A DNA stretch of 10,506 nucleotides from Candidatus Poribacteria bacterium (GCA_036339735.1 JAYZAL010000054.1:1-10506), one strand, 5' to 3'. Counted from the first letter of the stretch, positions 1 to 8,235 are shown. Numbers and translations: made by a program. Notes: generated by a model from the letters alone, not told the origin.

Positions 1-161
1 CTTGTTAGTGAAAATTGGATAATTCAGATCATTACTGGAGTCCGAGTCTACTTGATCTCAATCTTAGCTCAATAATCCCGAAAGTAAGAGATCATAAAAA
101 ATAATATTACGCCATAACAGTAACGACTGTTGGCTAACCAAAACAAAAATTAATTCGTTAT

Positions 162-166
162 AGGAG
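162..166 (+). promoter_or_regulatory. Shine-Dalgarno (AGGAG) of the PHP hydrolase gene
   Basis: AGGAG sits just upstream of the in-frame codons CTG(167)-ATT(170)-ATT(173), at the start of the open frame carrying the HxH motif. Confidence 0.65.
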
Positions 167-172
167 CTGATT

Positions 173-1072
173 ATTTCCACTATTTATAAAAACCCCTACT
201 CTAGCTCATCTCGTTGGTTAAGAGGCAACCTGCATGCACATACTTGCTGTGGCAAGTTTATGGATGCCAGCGTTAGTGGACACATCTATGCTGAACTAGG
301 CTATGATTTTCTAGCTATTACTGACCACAACAACGCTCATAGTTTCGACCAGTGGGAAAAGTGGCAAACAGAAACTGATTTGTTAATTGTTCCAGGAGAA
401 GAAAACGGAAGCCGAGGCCATATTTTAGAACTCGGTGTACAGTCAGTTACCCAAACTGAATCAGATTTGTATAGCGATCGAGCAGAAAGATTATATCAAG
501 CTGGCGGATTTATTGTGGGTTGTCACCCACAGGAATACCCTGAATGTGGAGAAGAAGACATTCGGTCAGCTGTTGACCATTTGCATGGATTCGAAATTTT
601 TAATGGTTTACGTGAAAGCCGAGGTTGTGACGAAACAGCTAATGTCGAACTTTGGGATCAAATCCTAACCGAAGGTGGCCAAATTTGGGGAGTTGCGACA
701 GACGATTTTCATTGTGCCTATATCACTCCTGGTCATGGTTGGGTCATGGTACAAATACCAGAAGATTCCCCTACCCCCGTCAGCTGGCAAACAGTAGTTG
801 CTCAATTGAAAAAAGGGGCGTTCTATTCAAGTACTTACCCTTCTTTTGAAACAATTGATTTGCAAAAAGAAAGCTCCTCAGACCAACATTTACGTGTTAC
901 TTCTAAAAGAGCAAAATCTCTACGAATAATAGGGGATGGTGGTATTGTTCTACATACTACAAAAGGGAACCAACTCGAATGGTCGGTCGCTACTGATCTA
1001 ACCTATTTCCGAATTGAAGCGGTAAGTGGCATTAAGCGTAGTTGGAGTCAGCCCTTCTACAAACGAAATTAA
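173..1072 (+). CDS. PHP-domain metallohydrolase/phosphoesterase (CehA/McbA-like family), about 299 aa; start extended upstream of the ORF-track ATG at 260
   Basis: The frame is open from an in-frame TAG at 161-163. The extension reads ISTIYKNPYSSSSRWLRGNLHAHTCCGKF-MD and supplies the PHP motif W-x-x-GNLHxHT. Downstream motifs are GYDFLAITDHN, PGEE, GH, CHP, GFEIFNG and ATDDFH, followed by a G.FY.S..P beta-rich C-terminal domain. SD AGGAG at 162-166 lies 6 nt before ATT at 173. Confidence 0.85.
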   Translation: MSTIYKNPYSSSSRWLRGNLHAHTCCGKFMDASVSGHIYAELGYDFLAITDHNNAHSFDQWEKWQTETDLLIVPGEENGSRGHILELGVQSVTQTESDLYSDRAERLYQAGGFIVGCHPQEYPECGEEDIRSAVDHLHGFEIFNGLRESRGCDETANVELWDQILTEGGQIWGVATDDFHCAYITPGHGWVMVQIPEDSPTPVSWQTVVAQLKKGAFYSSTYPSFETIDLQKESSSDQHLRVTSKRAKSLRIIGDGGIVLHTTKGNQLEWSVATDLTYFRIEAVSGIKRSWSQPFYKRN

Positions 1073-1082
1073 GCACTTCAGT

Positions 1083-4000
1083 TTAATCTTGTGGGTAGAT
1101 AAGCCCAATAGCATCTATCTGGTTTAAACTGCCATCGCTTGAAGGAATTAAATGGATTTCTATAGATGAAATCTTGTAGCTTGTAGCGGGCATATTTAGT
1201 CGGAAAATTCGCCTTTTCAAGATGGTAATTTCTGGTATATCATTTTGCCAGACCATATGCCGTACACCATTTTGGTCAATTGCAAACACTTGATTTATTG
1301 CCCCAGGATTACAAGTTTCGTAAATTTTTAACCCTTCCATATAAGTCGGATTGGCAAAACCAACTCGAACGAATTCGGTTGGGGTTTTACGACTTATTGA
1401 TGGGGACCAAGCTGTTGGCCGATCTCCATGGGCCGGGTAAGTATCGGGTTCACCTAGTATTTGTTCCGCAGACCAGTCAACTTCACCATACTGACTACTG
1501 AATTTGAGGACTTTGTCTGCCCACAAGATATTTGGTTCTCGATGCATTCTACTTCTTCTTTCTTTCGCGCGATTGAATAATCTGAGTAAGACTGTATCAG
1601 ATAATTGATCATGATGTTGTTCAGAAAGAAATAGGCCGTCACCAATAACTGTCAGCGTAGTGGGAAATAGCTTGATCTGACTACCAAACCCAAACTCAAA
1701 AAGATCCCAATCTGCTTGATTGAGTTGAACCAACGGAAAATCAACTGAAGCGGGGTCAACTGTCAATTTTCCTAAATGATCACTAGTAATAGCAATTACC
1801 TGTAGACTCCCTTTTCGATTTTGAGCAAATTTGGATAACGTTTGTAAATTAGCCAGGTCAGAAGTTGGCACAAAAAAGTGAAGAATCAAAATCTTATCTT
1901 GGTAGTCGGACAAGAAAATCTCATTACTACCTATATCAATCATCGGGGTGGAAGGGATACCTCGGGTACTAGATTGCTGACGACCACCTCTTTGTCTTTC
2001 GGATCTCCAATCGCCACTGGTATTTTCTTCTATTTCTTTTGATTTACGGATTTGATCAGCCGTCTCAATTTCACCCATTAACTCATAAGTATCCGCAAGT
2101 GATGAGAGCAACGACCGATTATTTGCCTCGTAAATCCCACGTTTATAGAGACGAACGGCACTGGGATAATTTCCAGATAATTCGTAAAGTGTCCCCAAAA
2201 CGGAAAAGATGTCTGCGCCATCAGAATAAAATTGTCGGCGATCTCTTGTATCCGACTTATCCAGATCATTAAGCCTTTCTTGTAGTCGATTAGCAATATT
2301 AATCACCTTCAAAGGTTGGTTTAGATCATCATATGTGTATCCCAAATCTCGGTAAAAATCATAGCGATCAGGAGATGAATCAATAATCTGTTCCAGTAGA
2401 GTAATTACCTGCTGACTATCCCCGCTCTGGCGATAAGCTCTGGCTAGACTCGCTGTTAATTCAAGTTGTTCTTCCCCTCCAGACCGCTCGATTAATTGTT
2501 GATAAATCCGAACAGCTGATTTAGGTTGTTTACTAGCCAAATAGACAGACGCCAGCAATTTTTGGTACGATTTGACGGATTCTTTACTCATACCGTTGGT
2601 AGTTTGCAGAATAGAGCTATAAAAGGAAGCCAATTTGGGTAAAGCCTCATATTCCGAGAAACTCTCTACCATCAAATTGGTTACGTAGTCATTGATGCGA
2701 CTAAACATCATTGTATTTTTGATACGTTCAGCTAAAACAACTAATTTACCTAGTTCCCCACTGCTGCTGTACTGGTTCAATTGACCGAACATACGACCGA
2801 AATCACGGCTATGGCTTCTGGCACCAGACGACCAATTACCAACATCATCAACCGCATAAATAGTATAACCTTTTGAGAAATCACCGTTGGTATCAGTATA
2901 TTGAATGATATCAGCGGGCAAAGTCACAATAACCTCTTCACCTTTTCTTATTCGATAAGAAACAACATCTCCCGAAGGGCTTGGTTCCCATTTGAGATGA
3001 CGGTGCGAGATGTTGATGGCTGATTCATCATCGGTGAATAAGATTTCTTCTGTGATTGATTCTGGGTTTTCTGGAACTGTATTATCTGCTTCCACCAAAA
3101 TTTTAACGAAATCCGTAGTAACAGAGAGGTTATTAATCAACCGAACCTGATAGGTGATTTCCGTATCAGGTGGACAGTCGTAGTGTATGTATTCTGTTAG
3201 ATCTGCGGAATTAAGGTGATCAATGACTTTACCGTTAGCTAACACTTGGTATCCTTGACCATTTGTATCAGGCTGCCAGTTCAAAATCACGTCATTTTCA
3301 CCTTTGAGTGGTTGAACAGAAAAGTCTGACAAGGGTGGTTTATTTTCGTTTTTAGGTTGACTTTGCTTCAATAGTTTTTCAGTAATCGACCAGAATTTCG
3401 CCATTTGGTTTTTGCGTGATCTGGCATTCACCAGAATTTGTTTTAAATCATTAACCAATTTTTCATCGACAGATGGTCGTGTGGAGTCAGATAATAGGTC
3501 GACAGGTATAACCTCATCATCCATCAACATTTGTTTAGCTTCTTCGAATTTTTGCAACAGGTCTTGGGTAATTGTGGCCGATTTCTCTGTCAAAACCGTT
3601 TGGCTTACCAATTCAGACCTATAGATAACTTCTAGCTGATATTTCTTTTCTTCTTCTAATTCAGAATCACTTTGATCACTAAACCAGAGTTCATCCATTA
3701 ATAACAATGCTTCGTCAGAACTAGGTTGATTATCAGTCATGTTGGGTAATGTAGCTGATAGTTGTAATTCGATTTCATTCACCAGTACTTGGCCCATTTT
3801 GATAGTCATTTGCGACCAATCGGGTCCTCGGATCCAACCGTTCACGGAACCAGTTTGGCTAACTTCCCACTGGCCAATAGAAGGATCATCAAAGTGATGG
3901 TGAGCAAACATAAAGTCTAGTGAAGTCTTAAGGGAAGTTGCCGTGGATGAAAATGCCCAAGCAGTTTCAGTCGGCGACAGGTGAGATAAAGTACCATTCT

Positions 4001-4349
4001 CTAGCTGATTGGCCAGCATAAATTGCCCTTCTAAATCATCAAAATTTGCGTATGTTTCGGGAGCTAATTTGCGACCATTCTGGGTTATATTTTCAATTTT
4101 TGTAGTTACAAGATCATACTGCCAATCGAATAATAAATAAGAGTCAACAGTATAGGCCAAAGTTATCACCAAATCGTTCGTCAAAAACCGGCAATGAAGT
4201 TGACTATGACTAGTTAGTTTAGTGTGTTCTACTGGATTGAGTGTCTCATCGTTAGAGGCAAAAGTAGCAAAAGCGAACTGTAGAAAAGCAAATAAAAACA
4301 GAAACCACTTAGACCGTCTGATTTTTGAATACTCATGTGTCTGAATCAT
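1083..4349 (-). CDS. Large secreted multidomain protein (1088 aa): signal peptide, unassigned N-terminal region, two FN3-like repeats, TPR repeats, thioredoxin/redoxin-like domain lacking CxxC, C-terminal FBXL4-N/discoidin-like beta domain
   Basis: N-terminus KIRRSKWFLFLFAFLQFAFATFAS resembles a Sec signal. FN3-like: VILNWQPD..GYQVLANG..TEYIH..ITYQVR and LKWEPSPSGDVVSYRI..YTD..YTIYAVDDVGNWS (about 3335-2825). TPR: LASVYLASKQPKSAVRIYQQLIE, LARAYRQSGDSQQVITLLEQII, LGTLYELSGNYPSAVRLYKRGI (about 2570-2045). Redoxin-like: EIFLSDYQDKILILHFF..LQVIAITSD..FPTT (about 1960-1570). SD-like AGAGGG upstream, 11 nt after the stop of the CotH gene. Confidence 0.85.
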   Translation of the reverse strand: MIQTHEYSKIRRSKWFLFLFAFLQFAFATFASNDETLNPVEHTKLTSHSQLHCRFLTNDLVITLAYTVDSYLLFDWQYDLVTTKIENITQNGRKLAPETYANFDDLEGQFMLANQLENGTLSHLSPTETAWAFSSTATSLKTSLDFMFAHHHFDDPSIGQWEVSQTGSVNGWIRGPDWSQMTIKMGQVLVNEIELQLSATLPNMTDNQPSSDEALLLMDELWFSDQSDSELEEEKKYQLEVIYRSELVSQTVLTEKSATITQDLLQKFEEAKQMLMDDEVIPVDLLSDSTRPSVDEKLVNDLKQILVNARSRKNQMAKFWSITEKLLKQSQPKNENKPPLSDFSVQPLKGENDVILNWQPDTNGQGYQVLANGKVIDHLNSADLTEYIHYDCPPDTEITYQVRLINNLSVTTDFVKILVEADNTVPENPESITEEILFTDDESAINISHRHLKWEPSPSGDVVSYRIRKGEEVIVTLPADIIQYTDTNGDFSKGYTIYAVDDVGNWSSGARSHSRDFGRMFGQLNQYSSSGELGKLVVLAERIKNTMMFSRINDYVTNLMVESFSEYEALPKLASFYSSILQTTNGMSKESVKSYQKLLASVYLASKQPKSAVRIYQQLIERSGGEEQLELTASLARAYRQSGDSQQVITLLEQIIDSSPDRYDFYRDLGYTYDDLNQPLKVINIANRLQERLNDLDKSDTRDRRQFYSDGADIFSVLGTLYELSGNYPSAVRLYKRGIYEANNRSLLSSLADTYELMGEIETADQIRKSKEIEENTSGDWRSERQRGGRQQSSTRGIPSTPMIDIGSNEIFLSDYQDKILILHFFVPTSDLANLQTLSKFAQNRKGSLQVIAITSDHLGKLTVDPASVDFPLVQLNQADWDLFEFGFGSQIKLFPTTLTVIGDGLFLSEQHHDQLSDTVLLRLFNRAKERRSRMHREPNILWADKVLKFSSQYGEVDWSAEQILGEPDTYPAHGDRPTAWSPSISRKTPTEFVRVGFANPTYMEGLKIYETCNPGAINQVFAIDQNGVRHMVWQNDIPEITILKRRIFRLNMPATSYKISSIEIHLIPSSDGSLNQIDAIGLIYPQD

Positions 4350-4360
4350 AAGTTGTCCCT

Positions 4361-7300
4361 CTACTCTGACAATTGTTCCATAACAATGAGATTATGATCA
4401 TTATCAAAAAACTGAATGCTGGTTGGTTTAGTTTTTTCAGACAAGGCTAAGTGCCAATCAGTTGCTGACAACCACTGAGGATGATAATCCACTACTTTTT
4501 GGTTCTGAAAGATGATTTTCATCATCTTGGTTTCTACGGGAGCCGTTCCTTTTAGAGTAAATAAACTGGGATCCCATTGGGTTACTTTAGCTTTAGCTTT
4601 TGGTATCACACTATCGAGGTAAGTTGTACGATCTTTAACGAAATCCATCAACATATCAGGAGACTTACCACCAACCATTCGATGGTAATGCTGAACCCGT
4701 GGGAGTAGATAGTCAACGTTAAAATACTTTTTAATCAGCTCTCGCATGAAACCAAAGTAAAGGTGTTGATGTTTGGGGCTTTGCTGGAAGCGCTTAATGG
4801 TTGGTGCCGCAGCCCAAACACTCATGTTAACTCGGTCATAACCCCATTCATTATCCCAAGTCAATAATTCCCATTTTTTACTTTTTCCTGGGCGATAAAT
4901 ATAAGCGTTTTGTCCAGAAGTTGCCCCAACGAAATCCCAATCACTGACAACGACTCTAGTTGCCAGCATTCGTAACCATTGTTCAACGTTGATGTGTTTG
5001 GAAATCGAAGTTTCGTAGGATAAGGTTGCAGATTCCTCTGTATTCGATGAATTAGTTTGGTAGTTCATTACTTTTAGCAATTCAAATAATTCATCAAAAT
5101 CCCCCTTACTTTCACGAGATCTTGGCTGGTAGTTCCATCTATATAAATCCAAATCATCATCGCCATACCATTCGAAATTAGCTGATTGACTTCTGAAATT
5201 TTGTGCATCTCCTGCCTCTCCACGAAAATCAAAATAAGACGTAATTTCGAATAATTGGTCATTATCATCTCTAGGATAAAAAATTGACAAGAATTGGCTA
5301 TTGGGTGGCATAATATCACCCCAGACTAATTGGTCTTGATCACTATTGAAACGAACAGTAACCCACTCTTGTTCCCCTCTGGGCAACCCCATTTTTTGAA
5401 GAAGGTAATATGATAACCGCTCATGATACGAACCTCCTGGTGCGTTATCATTTCGGTCAAAACGCGCCATTGAACGTAGGCCATGTAGTTGCTGGTCAGC
5501 ATTAAACCGGATTTTATAACCACTCGGATAACCACTGCGGCCACGTCGGTAAGGACTACCAGTCCACCGGCAACCAACTTGATAATAAACATCGGTCTCA
5601 TTAAAAATAAAAGTAGCATTCATCATTTTGTTACTAAGGGATGGACGGTTTTCGATCTCTTCTACGTCCTCAGTTCGCATAATAATGCGGTAACTGGGTA
5701 ATTCTGGTTTGAATTTTGCGTCGTCGTGTTCAATTCGGTAGAGTCCTGGACGACTGATATCACCAGGCCAAGTACTCGTTAATCCTATCTCATTGGTAGA
5801 CTGAATGTAAAAAGCAACCGTTTGCGGAGCAGAATGATTCGGAATTTTTGCCCTATAGAGAATATAATCCGACTTAGCTTGGCGAATTGGTAGCATAGTT
5901 ATCTGACGATAAGATCTAGTTGACAATCCGCCCGAATCAGTTGAACGATTTGGTCGATCTGCTTTGTAATTTAGATGAACTTCTGAGATTCCATTCGGGT
6001 CATAAACTTGAATTTCAACTTGCACATGATCTTTAGCCGTTGGTGTAATAGGTGAATGAATAGGTTTTTGAAAAACGGGGCCAACCATAGACTGATAAAC
6101 CGAATTCTGCCGACCTGGTGTGCCTGGTTGATTAGGTCTCGGAATCCAATGAGTTTCAGACAATTGGTTTCCAGAACATCTAGTTAGTAACAGGTTACTA
6201 CCCTCCTTCCATTTTGCCCAAAATGAAATCAAATATTCATCACCTGCTACCAGAGGAAATTCGAGTGGGATCTCGACGTGGTTTGGTCCTGTATTACCAG
6301 AACTAGAAGCCAATAATCTTAGACTCTTACGCCCATGTTTCGACTGATCGACCACTGTCTGGCTATCGATATGTGTACCGATGATTTCCCAGTCTTCGAC
6401 GCCGTACTCAAAAGAGCCATTAGTAACCCACTCTCGGTCTCTAGTAGCTTCAACGAAGAAAGGACTATTTTTCTTGGTCAATCGAACATCGTCGATCAAA
6501 ATTTCTCCGGCTCCCTGTAAATGCAAGTGTAATCGAGGCCAAGCTTCTTCGCCTCTATCTTCTTTACAAATGCTCGAATAACTAATGTAGTGCCAATCCG
6601 ATTTACTTGATTCCTCACTATTTTGCCAAACTTGGCTATTACTATTGTCTTGGCCTGGATTAATAAGTTCTAAACTTGAACCGTAACCGTCTGCCGATTT
6701 CGGCCAGCTTCCTCCATCGTAATATTCAACTTTATCGACCAAATTACCATGTTCGTTTCTTAATTCAACCCTTCCGTTGTTATTGCTTAGTGTTTTTTTG
6801 AAATTACCAACGACATCAACTGTCTTATATCGAGACCGAAAATAGTCAAGATCTTTAGCGACTACCAGATAAGATCCAATTGCTAGTTTAGTATTTTTCT
6901 TAAACCTAAATTCGATTCCCCCTGTAAGTTTCCATTGAGATAAATCGACTGTCTGCCCCCCACGATTATAAAGCTCAATGTACTCACCTTTTTTAGAGCC
7001 ATCGGGTGGATGATACATAATTTCGTTAATGAGCAGGCTAGCGGTATCGTCAATTTTATTGGCCTTTGATAAGGAATTTGGCATCAAATACCATTCTTCA
7101 GCTGATCCATCTGGGTAACGTCCATAACTATGGTAATGACTGGTTGGTGTATGAGGCACACTAGCCACGTCTATTACTTGCTCAAATGATGAATGGGTCA
7201 AAAAAAGTCGTTCTGTTTTTCGAGCCAGCTTAAATTTTAATTCTTGATTTGTTATTACAAAAAAATCTTCAGGCTCGATTTTCGTGCCTTGAGGTATTTG

Positions 7301-8062
7301 GTATCTTTGTAGACGATTTGGATTGTCACTCAACCAATACCCGCTCAGGTCGATTTCTATTTCAGTTGGATTGTAAATTTCGACCGAGAAGAACGACGAC
7401 TTGCTTTTATTATCTTTAAGCACTATTTCATTGATCAAGACATGGCCAAAATTTGTAGTACTATCTAACGATAAATTGTTAGCTTGGCCAGGTGTCCCAC
7501 CTAAGGTTTGACTTGGTAGCCAGTTTGTTGATTCATTGTCATTGAGGCGAGGGGAGATTTTTGCCAATGTGTGCCCAGTTCCATCAGCAGCCATTGGCCA
7601 TGGTTTTTTATCTTCATAGGCGAAATCAATTATCTCTCCCCCAGATGGATCATTCAGAACTAACCTATCTTTCTTATCGCTTAACAACCCTTGGAATGGA
7701 CCAAAAATTTGGGCAGTAATATTTTTTTGGTAAAATTTAATATAATTTTCCCTCAATTTTTCGGGATTCTTAGCCACTAAAAAATAAGTCTGAGGAGCAA
7801 TGATCACGCCCTCTGGAAATTGAAATTTTATCCCCTTGGTAAATTCCCATCCCCCCAAATCAAGGTAATCGGCTTTTTCATTGTAGAGTTCAATAAACTC
7901 CATAGTTGACTGAGAAGTTTTTTTCTCAGTTTCCCTGTTTGGTGGGTTATACATCAATTCTGTGATTTGTACAGAACTAGCAGGAAGAAAAATGAACCAG
8001 CTGATTAAAAAGATAAACAACTGATGGTAAAAACGAAGATTTTCCCGATTACGATGGATCAT
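4361..8062 (-). CDS. Secreted lamin-tail-domain (x3) / CBM-like / CotH kinase family protein, about 1233 aa (alternative starts: TTG 8113 with SD GAGGA, or 8173)
   Basis: Signal-like segment FYHQLFIFLISWFIFLPASS. Lamin-tail domain (LTD) motifs: VQITELMYNP..EFIELYN..DLGGW; VLINEI..VEIYNPT..IDLSGYWLSD..SYGRYPDG; LLINEIMYHP..EYIELYN..VDLSQW. CotH-like kinase core (about 5700-4610): VGCRWTGS..YKIRFN, HERLSYYLLQKMGLP, INVEQWLR..DWD..NAYIY..KWELLTWDNE. Confidence 0.88.
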   Translation of the reverse strand: MIHRNRENLRFYHQLFIFLISWFIFLPASSVQITELMYNPPNRETEKKTSQSTMEFIELYNEKADYLDLGGWEFTKGIKFQFPEGVIIAPQTYFLVAKNPEKLRENYIKFYQKNITAQIFGPFQGLLSDKKDRLVLNDPSGGEIIDFAYEDKKPWPMAADGTGHTLAKISPRLNDNESTNWLPSQTLGGTPGQANNLSLDSTTNFGHVLINEIVLKDNKSKSSFFSVEIYNPTEIEIDLSGYWLSDNPNRLQRYQIPQGTKIEPEDFFVITNQELKFKLARKTERLFLTHSSFEQVIDVASVPHTPTSHYHSYGRYPDGSAEEWYLMPNSLSKANKIDDTASLLINEIMYHPPDGSKKGEYIELYNRGGQTVDLSQWKLTGGIEFRFKKNTKLAIGSYLVVAKDLDYFRSRYKTVDVVGNFKKTLSNNNGRVELRNEHGNLVDKVEYYDGGSWPKSADGYGSSLELINPGQDNSNSQVWQNSEESSKSDWHYISYSSICKEDRGEEAWPRLHLHLQGAGEILIDDVRLTKKNSPFFVEATRDREWVTNGSFEYGVEDWEIIGTHIDSQTVVDQSKHGRKSLRLLASSSGNTGPNHVEIPLEFPLVAGDEYLISFWAKWKEGSNLLLTRCSGNQLSETHWIPRPNQPGTPGRQNSVYQSMVGPVFQKPIHSPITPTAKDHVQVEIQVYDPNGISEVHLNYKADRPNRSTDSGGLSTRSYRQITMLPIRQAKSDYILYRAKIPNHSAPQTVAFYIQSTNEIGLTSTWPGDISRPGLYRIEHDDAKFKPELPSYRIIMRTEDVEEIENRPSLSNKMMNATFIFNETDVYYQVGCRWTGSPYRRGRSGYPSGYKIRFNADQQLHGLRSMARFDRNDNAPGGSYHERLSYYLLQKMGLPRGEQEWVTVRFNSDQDQLVWGDIMPPNSQFLSIFYPRDDNDQLFEITSYFDFRGEAGDAQNFRSQSANFEWYGDDDLDLYRWNYQPRSRESKGDFDELFELLKVMNYQTNSSNTEESATLSYETSISKHINVEQWLRMLATRVVVSDWDFVGATSGQNAYIYRPGKSKKWELLTWDNEWGYDRVNMSVWAAAPTIKRFQQSPKHQHLYFGFMRELIKKYFNVDYLLPRVQHYHRMVGGKSPDMLMDFVKDRTTYLDSVIPKAKAKVTQWDPSLFTLKGTAPVETKMMKIIFQNQKVVDYHPQWLSATDWHLALSEKTKPTSIQFFDNDHNLIVMEQLSE

Positions 8063-8226
8063 GCTAGATGAATTTGGAAAATTGAATACCTTTTGATATG
8101 CAGTATTGGCCAAATTTACTTTCCTCGCTTTATAAGTAAACGTTTTTGAAATATGCCCTAATTTCAGCAGCAACCGGTCAGATCAAATACATCTTTCTGG
8201 CTCAAATCTACCAAGATGCAGAGAGA

Positions 8227-8235
8227 TGTTATAAT
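8227..8235 (+). promoter_or_regulatory. Extended -10 sigma70-type promoter (TGnTATAAT), probably driving the DUF4956 gene and those downstream
   Basis: TG-T-TATAAT at 8227-8235 matches the extended -10 consensus exactly. No good -35 at 17-bp spacing. It lies about 120 nt upstream of ATG 8355. Confidence 0.55.

Noticed and set aside
1-75. Open frame LVSENWIIQIITGVRVYLISILAQ* at the window start
   Set aside because: Too short and featureless to call as the 3' end of a gene.
111-134. Hairpin GCC(AT)AACAGT-AACG-ACTGTTGGC upstream of the PHP gene
   Set aside because: Short, bulged stem with no adjacent U-tract on the + strand. Too weak to call a terminator or operator without upstream context.
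260-262. ORF-track start ATG for the PHP hydrolase
   Set aside because: It would omit the in-frame HxH metal-binding motif at 233-241. The SD and open frame point to a start near 173.
435-6581. Short alternative-frame or antisense ORFs (435-668, 652-849, 1280-1501, 1454-1645, 2039-2272, 2078-2296, 3412-3624, 5074-5319, 5326-5619, 5489-5701, 6335-6520, 6381-6581)
   Set aside because: All lie wholly within well-supported long genes and show no recognisable motifs, as expected of shadow ORFs.
7722-7924. T7 homopolymer runs in the CotH gene as possible phase-variation tracts
   Set aside because: Runs of 7 are expected in AT-rich DNA (Lys codons on the coding strand), and the reading frame is intact.
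6610-7975. Internal similarity between LTD1 and LTD3 as a DNA repeat or diversity-generating template
   Set aside because: The similarity is at the protein-motif level only, consistent with old domain duplication. I saw no near-identical nucleotide repeats and no reverse transcriptase or recombinase.
4361-8062. Calling the gene cotH (spore coat protein)
   Set aside because: It is a multidomain secreted CotH-family kinase with no sporulation context, so the symbol would imply unsupported orthology.
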